Shown here: positions 37,314 to 46,995 of the stretch, piece by piece | Position numbering within the stretch: position 1 is the stretch's first letter | Layout: each line of letters begins with the position of its first letter | Source of the DNA: a virus | Taxonomy: Duplodnaviria; Caudoviricetes | Virus record (IMG/VR): IMGVR_UViG_3300007345_000037 | Location: 1-59,831 of that record | DNA length: 59,831 bases | Reading direction: 5' to 3' (one strand) | Position numbers and translations under genes: made by a program | The notes under the pieces: model-generated | Seen by the model: the letters and a program-made list of their open reading frames with translations, nothing else | Databases searched by the model: none | Told to the model about the DNA's origin: nothing

Positions 37314-39331
37314 GATGTAGACGCTCCTATTCGTGTGATTGTAATGTTGGTTCGATTGTTGTCATACGCCTTAACTGTAAAATCAGCACCATTGACATAA
37401 GGAATAACATACACTTTTTCATCCGAACCTGTGCTTGCTACATCAATAATGACGGTTTTTTGCATATTGACGGCTGAATCAGCCGACGATGGGGAGGGGG
37501 CGCGTTTAATTCTAAAAGTTCCCCAATTTCGCCGTTCAGCGTTGCTTGATGTTCCGTTGCCTAATTGTAGCCAAAAATCCTGTGCGGCAGTATTGGCACT
37601 TGTAAATACTTCAACAGAAGCAACAACCATATACATTCCACCCGCTTTTAAAACCACATAGTCTTGAGCGGCGGCGGTTGCGACGATGTTTGTTGTGTTG
37701 CCTGTGTTAGAAAAATCACTTGTGTTTGCCAAGTCAAGATAATAATTGGTTCCCGAACTTTGACTTCCCAATGAGTTGTTTGTAAGAGCAAGACGGACAT
37801 GCTCAAATGGGCTTGCTAAAGCATCTAATTTTGCTTCTTGCGTATCGGTCATAAACCGTTTGTTGCTTGCATCAGTCATGTTTGTGGTGGTAAAGGTTGG
37901 GGATGCGCCGCTTACAACTGATTGATTCAATGCTTTGACATCGGCAAGAGAAGCACATTCGCTATCCATAAGCGCACCTGCGGCTGTGACATTAGCAGTA
38001 TCGGTCACATCTGCCGATGCCTCAATAGCATCTAATTTTGTTTTGTCAGCACCCGACATAGAACCTGCGGCACTTGTTGTGGCCGCACTAAGACTTAGTG
38101 TGACTGCTCCCGAAGTTGCTCCGCCTGTTATTGGGGCATTTGTATTGACGGCTGTTATATCTCCACTACCGCCACCACCAACTTCGCTTGAGCCGTGATA
38201 CAACTTGTTGCTATCCCCACTGTTAAGCCAAAGCGTGTTAGCGGCTACTCCACCCGGATTTGAACTAACAGGGTCTAATTCTAAACCGGTAGGGTCAATC
38301 AAACCATCAACATTTAGTTTTCCCGTAATATGAACATTTCCATTGATAAGGTCGATTGGGCCGGAAGCGTGACGAGGGCTACGATACATACCCGGACTAA
38401 TTTGACTATACGACCAAGTGCCTCTTATTTTTGGTGTGACAATACTTCTTACCTCGGAGCCTTGTGCTGTAAGAGTTGTTGGTCCCTTGAGAATACACCC
38501 GTCTTGTATTTCAAATTCTTCCACTGAAACAAATGTGTTATCGGCTAACAGGATTTTGTGACCTGCTGTTGCGGCTTTGAGAATTATTTTTCGATAGTAT
38601 GCTTGGAAGGTGGAAGAATATCCTGTGGCGTTGTGTGTTGGTAGTACAACACCACCACTTGACCCTGTAAATTCAACTGTCGATAATCCAAAGTTCACAC
38701 TATTTACTGCTGTGGCATCAAATACTGTAAAATCAAAAATTTTCAATCGGTCATTATCCGAAAATGCACTTTCGGGAGTAAAAGTCCCACCAGCAATAGT
38801 CATAGAAGTAAAAGATGCTTTCTTGCTTGTACCTGTTGGTGTTTCGTAGTCCGGTGCAAAATTTCCGCTTTGTATTCGCACTGCTGGGTGTTGACCATCA
38901 TCAAATTTTGTTATCGGTGATGAAGACCCAACCAAAGAAAAGGTATTACTACCCACATAGGCCGCATTATCGCCGATAAGAATAAATCTTTCAGCGTATG
39001 ATTTGTAGGTACCAAAATAATTGGGCGCACTACCATGCTTAAACGAAATAGCACCTGCTGAACCAGCATTTAGTGTGCCGTTGATAAAAAGACCTTTGAT
39101 TGTTGGTTGTGCGTTAAGAATAACTTGGTGGTCAAATGTACTTTCTATTACGATTTCATCAACAGTGACAGGACTTCCACCTGTCAAAGTCCACGCACAG
39201 TCTGCAAGTCCTTCATTGTCAAACAGCGCAACATCGCCAGCAGTAGGGATTGCGCCACCTTTCCAATTTGCGGCAGTGGAAGATGCGGTCGATGTACCGC
39301 CAAGCCATTTTATTGTTGCCATAATACTCAC
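37310..39331 (-). CDS. Fibre/adhesin-like virion protein
   Basis: 673 aa. N-terminal W.GG...AANW.GG..P...D adhesin-like start, fibre-shaft motif AGSMSGADKTKLD and a C-terminal beta-sandwich. Confidence 0.65.
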   Translation of the reverse strand: MSIMATIKWLGGTSTASSTAANWKGGAIPTAGDVALFDNEGLADCAWTLTGGSPVTVDEIVIESTFDHQVILNAQPTIKGLFINGTLNAGSAGAISFKHGSAPNYFGTYKSYAERFILIGDNAAYVGSNTFSLVGSSSPITKFDDGQHPAVRIQSGNFAPDYETPTGTSKKASFTSMTIAGGTFTPESAFSDNDRLKIFDFTVFDATAVNSVNFGLSTVEFTGSSGGVVLPTHNATGYSSTFQAYYRKIILKAATAGHKILLADNTFVSVEEFEIQDGCILKGPTTLTAQGSEVRSIVTPKIRGTWSYSQISPGMYRSPRHASGPIDLINGNVHITGKLNVDGLIDPTGLELDPVSSNPGGVAANTLWLNSGDSNKLYHGSSEVGGGGSGDITAVNTNAPITGGATSGAVTLSLSAATTSAAGSMSGADKTKLDAIEASADVTDTANVTAAGALMDSECASLADVKALNQSVVSGASPTFTTTNMTDASNKRFMTDTQEAKLDALASPFEHVRLALTNNSLGSQSSGTNYYLDLANTSDFSNTGNTTNIVATAAAQDYVVLKAGGMYMVVASVEVFTSANTAAQDFWLQLGNGTSSNAERRNWGTFRIKRAPSPSSADSAVNMQKTVIIDVASTGSDEKVYVIPYVNGADFTVKAYDNNRTNITITRIGASTS

Positions 39332-39717
39332 ACTAATTTCGTTTTGGTTGAAGTGACCTTAACAGCCGTTCCACCTTTTTCCGAAACAAGAGCGAGTAAA
39401 TCTTGACCTCTTTGGATAAAACCCCTTAGTTGGGCCGTCAAACGAATATCTTGTTCTTTTCTCTCGCTCTCGTTGACATAGGAAGGTAAGGTATCAATCA
39501 TAACTTGTAGGCAGTCTGCACACACAAGTGCTTTGATTGCTGATTCTTTTTGTGCTGTTGTGACAACATTGGTGGAGTCGTCTGCAAGGAAAGCAGTATT
39601 TCTTGCGGACTTGTTGACTTGTTCTGTACGCATACTGATGTATTCAGTAATGGTGCCTTCGTTAAGACCCCGTGGGCGGTTTAACAAATCCCGAATGTTG
39701 TCAGTAGTGACTGTCAT
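39328..39717 (-). CDS. Head-tail connector (adaptor)-like protein
   Basis: 129-aa helical protein (VTTDNIRDLL...TITEYI) shortly after the MCP gene. Confidence 0.55.
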   Translation of the reverse strand: MTVTTDNIRDLLNRPRGLNEGTITEYISMRTEQVNKSARNTAFLADDSTNVVTTAQKESAIKALVCADCLQVMIDTLPSYVNESERKEQDIRLTAQLRGFIQRGQDLLALVSEKGGTAVKVTSTKTKLV

Positions 39718-40067
39718 TCTTCTTCACCCAAACCGTTCACAGGCCACCTGTCGTTATAGTCTTTCGGTACTGCTATTGTAGCAGTATTCTTAGGTGGCGT
39801 TGAACAGCGACCAAGAATAACCACTAATTGTGTTTTGACAATATCGTGTGCCATACGGCTGTCGGGCAACCAATATGTTTCTCGGTCGGGAAGAAGTGTT
39901 GCTGGACTGTTTGGTCTTCGGCTACTTGGTCGTACAAGACGAACAAGCCAACCGTTGCCACTTATCCAATGCTTTTGTCGGTGACGCATATCAGTCACCT
40001 TTGCATCTTTCGGCACCGGAATGCCCTTTTCCCTAAGTTGCTTTGCCAATTTGGTGCGCTCACTCAT
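39714..40067 (-). CDS. Basic hypothetical protein
   Basis: Operon context, overlapping stop/start codons. Confidence 0.55.
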   Translation of the reverse strand: MSERTKLAKQLREKGIPVPKDAKVTDMRHRQKHWISGNGWLVRLVRPSSRRPNSPATLLPDRETYWLPDSRMAHDIVKTQLVVILGRCSTPPKNTATIAVPKDYNDRWPVNGLGEEE

Positions 40068-40221
40068 TCGTCAGCCACCTTTTTCTTGGATTGCTTTTTA
40101 GCAGGCTTCTTAGCCTTCTTAGCAGGGGGGATAACATCATAGTTTCCTTCGGAGTTAAGCCGATAGATTGTACCATCGGCTTCTGTCCATTCTTTGATTG
40201 AATCACTCAAAGTGAATCACC

Positions 40222-40713
40222 TCAAAGAGTTTCGATGTAGTTGATGTACACAGATGCTCCACCAGCGGTAAGTGCGGCGGTAGCAATTGTTAGCAAAACG
40301 CTTGATTCCGAATTGATAATAGAAGTACCGGAAGGTCGCTTAAAGTGCGAAGTTGCACGAACAACTGCGGCGTTGTCAAAAGCAGTAGCACCCAAGAAAG
40401 CATCAGCGGTTCCTGTGATTCCCAAAGCAACTGTTGCGGAGCCGGAGGATGCAAAGGGAACATCAGCATCAAGCATAAAGTCAACGACGATTGCGCCAGC
40501 AGGTAGTGTTTGTGCAGTTCCCGTTGGGCTGGTGAGCGTTTTTGCTCCTGTGGTTAGACTGCTACCGTCAAACACGAATTTGAGGGTGTGGATTTGTTGT
40601 CCGCCAACCTTTGGTTCGGTGACTGCGTTGTCTGCAATCTTTACTGTGCTAACTGCTCCTGTTTGGAGCATATTAGTTTCGATGAAGTCTTGGAATTTAC
40701 GGTTTTGTGCCAA
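40222..40713 (-). CDS. Putative capsid decoration/head fibre protein
   Basis: TTG start with GAGGTGA SD, GAVSTVKIADNAVT repeat-like stem and beta-sandwich. Directly after the MCP gene. Confidence 0.55.
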   Translation of the reverse strand: MAQNRKFQDFIETNMLQTGAVSTVKIADNAVTEPKVGGQQIHTLKFVFDGSSLTTGAKTLTSPTGTAQTLPAGAIVVDFMLDADVPFASSGSATVALGITGTADAFLGATAFDNAAVVRATSHFKRPSGTSIINSESSVLLTIATAALTAGGASVYINYIETL

Positions 40714-40723
40714 GTAAATCACC

Positions 40724-41659
40724 TCAAACGACGCCGGTAATCTTGGCGATTCTGTTCGAGGTACCTGCACCTGCACCGTCTTGGTGTTGGTGAACAACGC
40801 TTCCCATGTAGCCGGTTAGGAGCCAATCGAATCCAACGCCCGGAAGACGGGTAAGTTCGGTTTCTTGGTAGCCTGCACCGTTGTAGGTAAAGAACTCGGC
40901 TGTTTCTGCGCCCGGAATGAGCAAGAGAGCGTCGTCTTCGATTGCGCCTGCGGTATCGGTTGGGAGCAAGGACTTTCCACCGGTGAAGTCACGGGTGTAG
41001 TAAATGCTCATCTTTGCGATTCGAGCCATGTGGTCTTGAAGGGACTCCACGACATTTCCGTAAAGTTGGGTGTTCAAGAGCGCACTGCGGGTTGAAGCAG
41101 GGAGGACAAGAGCCATTGCTTCATCTCCCGACACACGACCGTTTGCGAAAATCTTGTCCATTGTAGCCAAGAGGTCGCTTTCTTCGTCAGCAGATGCGCT
41201 ACCAAAGGTTGCAGTTGCGGCTTGGGTTTGTCCAGCACCACCGTGAAGGGTGGAAAGAATGTTGTTGTCGATAACATCGGCTCGTCCACGGACGATTGCG
41301 AGTTGTTGTCGGTCAATGTTCTCAAAGGATTCGCCACGGAGTCGCACAGTGTCAAGGAAGACACAGCGGCCTTGACCCTTCTGCAACTTCACAGTGTAGT
41401 TGGAAGTTCCAATCTTTGTAGGGTCAACAGTTGCGGCATCATCGAGTGGGTAGGAGAAAGTTCCTTCAACACCGGTGTACCACTTGAACTCAAGCCAAGG
41501 GACTGTTCGGGTTCCGACGATTTGTGTTCCGACTGCAATTCGAGTGGATTGTAGTTGGATAAAGTCACGGAGGGTTTGTTCGAGAACTGCGTCACCGGTA
41601 CCAAAAGGCCCAGCGGCGGCAGATGCGTTCATAATTTGTTCGAGGGATTCGTTTGCCAT
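40724..41659 (-). CDS. Major capsid protein (HK97-like fold)
   Basis: 311 aa, following the protease and cement genes. E-loop/spine-helix pattern and C-terminal AKITGV. Confidence 0.8.
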   Translation of the reverse strand: MANESLEQIMNASAAAGPFGTGDAVLEQTLRDFIQLQSTRIAVGTQIVGTRTVPWLEFKWYTGVEGTFSYPLDDAATVDPTKIGTSNYTVKLQKGQGRCVFLDTVRLRGESFENIDRQQLAIVRGRADVIDNNILSTLHGGAGQTQAATATFGSASADEESDLLATMDKIFANGRVSGDEAMALVLPASTRSALLNTQLYGNVVESLQDHMARIAKMSIYYTRDFTGGKSLLPTDTAGAIEDDALLLIPGAETAEFFTYNGAGYQETELTRLPGVGFDWLLTGYMGSVVHQHQDGAGAGTSNRIAKITGVV

Positions 41660-41688
41660 CTTATTCACTTCCATTTATTTTTTTGTTA

Positions 41689-42105
41689 TCAAGCCGTTGC
41701 ACATTGAGTTGTGTTGACCGGAATTAGTTCACCTGCTGATGTAGTTGCTTGTCCTTCACCGACATAAACACCGACGAGTTTGTCCGAACCTGCTGTTTTA
41801 TTGACAAGGCCGCTACCCTTAAGGTACACCAAATCGCCGGTTTCGTATGTAATTGAATTTTGGGAGGCAATCATGTGAACGCCACCCATTGGGAAGTAGG
41901 AGCAAGTTGCGCCTGTGGTTTCAAAAACAAGGTCTGCATCACGGCTGGATTCGCCAGCGGAAACACCCAAAGGCACATTTGTTGCGGCTCCAACTTGGAG
42001 TTTGTTTGCGTCTGAAGACTTTGCGAGAACAAGGCCAACACCGCTTACGGTTTGTGCGTCTTTCAAAATTGCGTTGCGGGGGTCGTTGCCTGTAAATGCT
42101 ACCAT
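41689..42105 (-). CDS. Capsid cement/decoration protein
   Basis: Small Gly/Ala beta protein (TGDLVYL..SG...LVGV....ATTSAGELIPV) between the protease and MCP genes. Confidence 0.6.
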   Translation of the reverse strand: MVAFTGNDPRNAILKDAQTVSGVGLVLAKSSDANKLQVGAATNVPLGVSAGESSRDADLVFETTGATCSYFPMGGVHMIASQNSITYETGDLVYLKGSGLVNKTAGSDKLVGVYVGEGQATTSAGELIPVNTTQCATA

Positions 42106-44349
42106 TCAAATCATCTCCTTCATTTCTTCAAAGTTGGGTGCGCTGATGCGCTGGTCATTACGCTCGGTTCCGCTTAGGGTTTTGTTCCAAGAAGAAGCCC
42201 AAGCATTCCATGCTTGTGCGTATAGACTTTGTGGGGTTTCGACAACTTTACCGTTTAGGTAGTTGGCGACAACAGGTTCAGCGGTCTTGCTTTCTTTGGA
42301 AGCGACGGCTGATTCGGATGCTGGAACTGCTGGGGTCATTTCGACCACAGGTTCAGCAGGGTGGGATGCTTCCCAAGATGCGATGAGGTTGGTAAGGGTG
42401 TCCGAAGAAAGGTCTTCGTGTCCCTTAAGTCCAAGTTCGGTTGCGGAAGCAACGAGTCCAAGTCGGACTTCTTCTGTTTGAGCGGCTTCGTGAGCCTTCA
42501 TCTCTTCAAGTTCTGCACGAGCAAGAACCAATTCTGCTTGTAGTGCTTCCATCTCACTTGCGGAAACATTTTCTTCAATAATTTCTTCATCGGACATATT
42601 CGTTATCTCCTTTCGGTAATCTTGCCGAGATGCCGATTGACTTATGAAGGTTTCTTCGATGGAGGCAGTTCTTTTAGCACGAGGATGCCCTTTGGGAAGT
42701 AGGTCATTGTCTTGCTTGTAATTGGGATTTGATGGCCTTCCGGTACGAAGGAGATATAGGAATGCGTTGACTCTTGCCACTCCCCAGCCATTTCTTGACA
42801 TATTGGGTGCGTGGCTTGTGCTAAAAGCACCAGCACCACGACGGAATACAGTAAGGAGTGCGCCCATAGATGCTTTACTACCTTTTCCTTTTTTGTTGTG
42901 TTCTTGCATTTTGTTCTGCAAGGTTTTGCGAGTAGCGGGAGAAACAACAATTGACTTGTTTGGTTTTTTAGCGGAACCGGGTGGGTTTTTCTTAGACCCT
43001 TTTCGTCGCTCGTCGGGTTTAGCGGGAGTCTTTCTTGGGTCGTTCTTTCCGGGTTTGCCATGCTGTCCACCATGTTTTGCTTCTGCGTTTTCTTTAACCT
43101 TTTCAACAGATTCTATTGTCGCTCGGTTGTACGCTGGCTTATGAACTATTGCCAAGTGGTCAAAGGTAAAGTCATTGTCAAACACCATACCTGTTTCACT
43201 TGCGGCGATAGGGATTCCATAGCCACCAATGCTAACACCATATTCGGGTTTTAACCATAGACCGGATTCAAGAGCCTCAAACAATTCTTCTCGATACACA
43301 TGGGCCGCATACCGCACTTCGTACTTTTCTTTGTCGGGATAACTTATTGTTGCGGAAATAACCTTTCCTACATTTGCTTCATTTACGCCACCGTCCATGT
43401 TGCGCTCAAAACCAACATCTTTTGCTTTAGGGTGGTTAAGTGTTAAATCAGCACCTATCATTTGGTCAAGTACCTTTTCTGCACCACGCTTAGTAATAGC
43501 CCAACGGTTTTTGTTGTAGCCTTCGTGGAATGCAACACCTTTGATTTCAAGAATGTTTTTGCCTGTTGATGCTTCAACTTTAGCAACTATTTCCTCAACA
43601 GTAATTTCCATAGTGACATTTACAGGTTGACAAGAACCGGCAACCATTTCTTCACCAATAGGACAAGAGGCTGATGCTTCTGCAAATTCGTGACCTTTGT
43701 GTGCGGCCATACATTGTTCTTTACTGTACCCTGCCTCTTGGCAACGGGACATATACTCACCATGCGTTTCGCTTTCTTTTGGTTTTGGTTCTGCGGCTTC
43801 TGCGTGTTCAGCACAGCCTCCGCAACATGGTTTGTCTTCGGAAGCCTCAATAACTTCTTCGATGCCTTCAATGACTTCGCCTTCATTAGAAGACCATAGT
43901 TCATCGTAGGATGCTTCGACTTTGTTAGTTGACCATTGTCGGCAAGACCAATAACCGGGTGTGGTTCGGTCTTTCTTTTCCGAGCAACTGTGTCGGTCAC
44001 GGAATGCCTTGCGTCGCTTAGGGTCGTCACGCTTGATTTCCATGTTTGGGTCGCCAAAACGCACAATGACTACTTTGCCACTTGAGTTCTGCACATAAAC
44101 AGCAAATTTCTTAGGTCCGCCTTGTGTACGGAATGGTTTGTTGAGTGTCACCTTTTTACCTTGATATTCTGCGGCTTCAACGGTTTCTTCGTCTTCATCA
44201 TCATCGTAAGACGCTTCTTTACCCTCATACATAGAGTTGCACACAGCCGCTCGCTGTGCTGGATTTGGGTACTCGTCAGCAGTCTTGCTGTCACCCATAC
44301 ACCTGTCCATGTAATCGTCTTTCGACTCACCTTCTTGAACATCGGGCAT
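42106..44349 (-). CDS. Prohead protease/scaffold with accessory domains
   Basis: Protease-like core (AFHEGYNKN...LNHP...GVSIGG...FDHLAIVHKPAY), C-terminal coiled-coil scaffold and extra N-terminal and internal domains. Confidence 0.8.
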   Translation of the reverse strand: MPDVQEGESKDDYMDRCMGDSKTADEYPNPAQRAAVCNSMYEGKEASYDDDEDEETVEAAEYQGKKVTLNKPFRTQGGPKKFAVYVQNSSGKVVIVRFGDPNMEIKRDDPKRRKAFRDRHSCSEKKDRTTPGYWSCRQWSTNKVEASYDELWSSNEGEVIEGIEEVIEASEDKPCCGGCAEHAEAAEPKPKESETHGEYMSRCQEAGYSKEQCMAAHKGHEFAEASASCPIGEEMVAGSCQPVNVTMEITVEEIVAKVEASTGKNILEIKGVAFHEGYNKNRWAITKRGAEKVLDQMIGADLTLNHPKAKDVGFERNMDGGVNEANVGKVISATISYPDKEKYEVRYAAHVYREELFEALESGLWLKPEYGVSIGGYGIPIAASETGMVFDNDFTFDHLAIVHKPAYNRATIESVEKVKENAEAKHGGQHGKPGKNDPRKTPAKPDERRKGSKKNPPGSAKKPNKSIVVSPATRKTLQNKMQEHNKKGKGSKASMGALLTVFRRGAGAFSTSHAPNMSRNGWGVARVNAFLYLLRTGRPSNPNYKQDNDLLPKGHPRAKRTASIEETFISQSASRQDYRKEITNMSDEEIIEENVSASEMEALQAELVLARAELEEMKAHEAAQTEEVRLGLVASATELGLKGHEDLSSDTLTNLIASWEASHPAEPVVEMTPAVPASESAVASKESKTAEPVVANYLNGKVVETPQSLYAQAWNAWASSWNKTLSGTERNDQRISAPNFEEMKEMI

Positions 44350-44374
44350 GGTACTGCGACAGGCGGAGTGACTT

Positions 44375-44821
44375 TTAATCCATTCGCCAAATCTGTTGAC
44401 TTTCGTTTAAAATGTCTTCGTAAAGTGACAGTGACATAATGTTTTGAACATCATAGTATGACTCCACTTTGGTATATCCAAGAGATATTACGGTCTTAAC
44501 AAGTGATTCCATTTTTATTTGCTCTATGGGATTCAATACTGTGACCTTCGGTATATCACGCAATACATAACTATTGTTTCTTTCTTCTAACAAAAATGGG
44601 TGATACTTATTTTTTCGGTATTTCTTTTTGACATAGGTATTACCAACAAATGCGAACTCTTCAAGAATCAAAGAGCCGGTGTACGCTACCGGTTCATCAT
44701 CAACAAAGAGTACCCAATAATCCATGTTATCAAAAATTTGAGGATAACCCTTTTCGCTTGGGAATGGTAAATTGGGCCAAATCAACTCAAGTTCTTTGCG
44801 CTCAAGACACTCAACTATCAT
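44375..44821 (-). CDS. GNAT-fold acetyltransferase-like protein
   Basis: WVLFVDDEPVAYTG...VGNTYVKKKYRKNKY resembles GNAT motif A. AT-rich relative to its neighbours. Confidence 0.5.
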   Translation of the reverse strand: MIVECLERKELELIWPNLPFPSEKGYPQIFDNMDYWVLFVDDEPVAYTGSLILEEFAFVGNTYVKKKYRKNKYHPFLLEERNNSYVLRDIPKVTVLNPIEQIKMESLVKTVISLGYTKVESYYDVQNIMSLSLYEDILNESQQIWRMD

Positions 44822-44927
44822 TTTTACCCCATCTTTTCCAAGCAACTTTTGCGACAAAAACCCAAAAAAGAACTTCAAGAACTACCAATAGGAATGTGCC
44901 AACAACTACCCATTCCATATAGTACCC

Positions 44928-45344
44928 TCATTTTTTATTTTCTTCTTCTCCAACAGGTTTTATGGGGGTAATTGTTGTCATTCCAGCATCGTGCTTTTTG
45001 ATTTCATGCACATGGTCTTGTGCAGACTTTTCCAAAAACATCTTGTGGTCATGTTCTTCGGAGTCACGGTCACGCTCGTGCTTAAGTTCTTGGGGAATGT
45101 TATCAATTTCAATGGTTTGTTCGGATTCCCACATACGGAGAACAGTATTCATAGCCGGACCTGCAACACCACCAATAATAGCAATAAGAGCGATAAAACC
45201 ATCCAAGTTAGCAAGAACAACATCGGGTTTCCAAATACCCATACCTACTACTGCGCCGCTTGCGAGAAGCCATAGGTAAATTGCCGGTATTACAGTACGC
45301 TGTACCATTTTGTCGTTAAACGAATTTGGGTTTTTTTTACTCAT
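44928..45344 (-). CDS. Two-TM membrane protein (holin-like candidate)
   Basis: Two hydrophobic helices followed by a charged, His-rich tail. Confidence 0.6.
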   Translation of the reverse strand: MSKKNPNSFNDKMVQRTVIPAIYLWLLASGAVVGMGIWKPDVVLANLDGFIALIAIIGGVAGPAMNTVLRMWESEQTIEIDNIPQELKHERDRDSEEHDHKMFLEKSAQDHVHEIKKHDAGMTTITPIKPVGEEENKK

Positions 45345-46701
45345 CTTTCATCCCCTCTTGTTGGTTTGTTCTTGGAAGTTCGCCGGTTTTTCCTTTAGTC
45401 CCTTCTTTGCGATTGGTACCTGCCGATTCCGGTTGCATACCAATAACTTCGAGTGTTTGATTAAGTGTTAGGATGCCTGCATCATAACCAAGAACGGCTC
45501 TTTTCATAGAGTCCATAGGCGACTCTTCTGCAATAGGTTCAAAGTGGAACTCCGGTAAATCTTTCATTTCATGCTTGATACCTTTAAGTTCTAATTGTTT
45601 TGAGAATAATTCCATAATACCTTGCTTAACAATTGATTGAAGGCGAGAGATGGCCGTATTAGCCCACATATTTGCGTTGTAGGTAGCGGCAAAGGTTGAA
45701 CCCTTTTCTTGCCCTGCGGCGACACGAGGGACATGAAGAACGGCGGCTACATTGGCACCAACCATATCAAGGAAACCACTGTTGTCGGGAATTGTGTTTT
45801 TGAGGTCAACATGGTGTAGTGTCACATAGGAAGGTAGGATTGGCATTTGGTCGCCTCGCAAACCTTCAAACAATTTGATAACTTCATCCATGATAATTCC
45901 AAGCCTTTCTTGTTGCTCGTCGGGGTCTTGGATATGTTCAATGGCCGACTTATCAATTGTAATGAATTGCTTGGTTAGCACATCTTCAAGAGCAATACGG
46001 TTGTTCATTGTGTTGTACTTAACACGCACTACTTGCTCAAGTGAAGAAAATCGGGATTGACCCCACACACCATAGGTTTGACGCAATTTTGTGTCTTCGT
46101 ACCAATTGCTTCGGAAGTCTGTTCGGAAGTGTACGATTTCGCTACGAGGGAATACCATAGTGTCAATGCCTTGTTCTCGCAAGATGTAAAAGTCATTTGT
46201 CATAATTGGACTGTTTTCGTCGGCTGTGAATGGTAATCCGTTTGCCCCACGGTTGTCAACAATAGTAATCTGTCGGATAGGAAGGCTTTGAATGTTGGTA
46301 ATACCTACACCGGTACGACCAACTAATTTGTTAATGTCGTTGCCATACACTTGTAGGTTGCGTAGTGCGTTGATAAGAAAGTCGTCAAAGTCAACACGGT
46401 CAACCATTTCCATGATTGCGTTGCGTATTGAGCCATTCTTAGCCTTCTTGTAGTCAATGCGGTAGTTGTTAGCAGTGAGCGACACACTGCGTACAGCACC
46501 ATTGAGTTCGGGGTCTAACTTGACCATGTTGTCGTACAAGTCAAATTTGTTAAGGAAGTTCGATTCCTTTTGGAACTTTTCTGTTTCGGAAAAAATATCC
46601 GGCAAACCTGCGGCAACTGACAGTGGTACATTACTACCGACCCGATGAACGATTTTTTCTTCGGCGACGGCGTTGCGTCGAAACCTATCAAAGATACCCA
46701 T
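45337..46701 (-). CDS. Portal protein
   Basis: 454 aa, starts MGIFDRF, has YGN, EIVHFR and G.SRFS patterns. First gene of the head operon. Confidence 0.85.
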   Translation of the reverse strand: MGIFDRFRRNAVAEEKIVHRVGSNVPLSVAAGLPDIFSETEKFQKESNFLNKFDLYDNMVKLDPELNGAVRSVSLTANNYRIDYKKAKNGSIRNAIMEMVDRVDFDDFLINALRNLQVYGNDINKLVGRTGVGITNIQSLPIRQITIVDNRGANGLPFTADENSPIMTNDFYILREQGIDTMVFPRSEIVHFRTDFRSNWYEDTKLRQTYGVWGQSRFSSLEQVVRVKYNTMNNRIALEDVLTKQFITIDKSAIEHIQDPDEQQERLGIIMDEVIKLFEGLRGDQMPILPSYVTLHHVDLKNTIPDNSGFLDMVGANVAAVLHVPRVAAGQEKGSTFAATYNANMWANTAISRLQSIVKQGIMELFSKQLELKGIKHEMKDLPEFHFEPIAEESPMDSMKRAVLGYDAGILTLNQTLEVIGMQPESAGTNRKEGTKGKTGELPRTNQQEGMKDE

Positions 46702-46774
46702 GTTAGGGGGAGATGTGGGATGATTTATGAAGGTAGCGATTTATTTTTGTTTATTGTTTCTTTTTTTACAAAAA

Positions 46775-46935
46775 TAATTAAATCGAACGACATATATCGG
46801 TTTTGCTTAATTCTTTTATTGTTTCAAAGGCGTTTAAGAAAAAGAAGTAATAAGCAATATCAGTGGGGCATAAAACATCTATGAATAAATGAAAGAATAC
46901 TATGTTTGGTCTTTGAGTACATCGTTTTATTCTTT
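46775..46935. repeat. Second copy of the AT-rich dyad element
   Basis: TTAATTCTTTTATTGTTTCAAAGGCGTTTAAGAAAAAGAAGTA (from 46807) closely matches the revcomp of 130-172. The flanking modules and ~81-bp inner spacing are also conserved. Confidence 0.7.
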
Positions 46936-46995
46936 TTGTTGGTGCTAAATCAACAGAAAGATAAATGTTCATAAAGGGTTTCCTCTTGGAGTATA

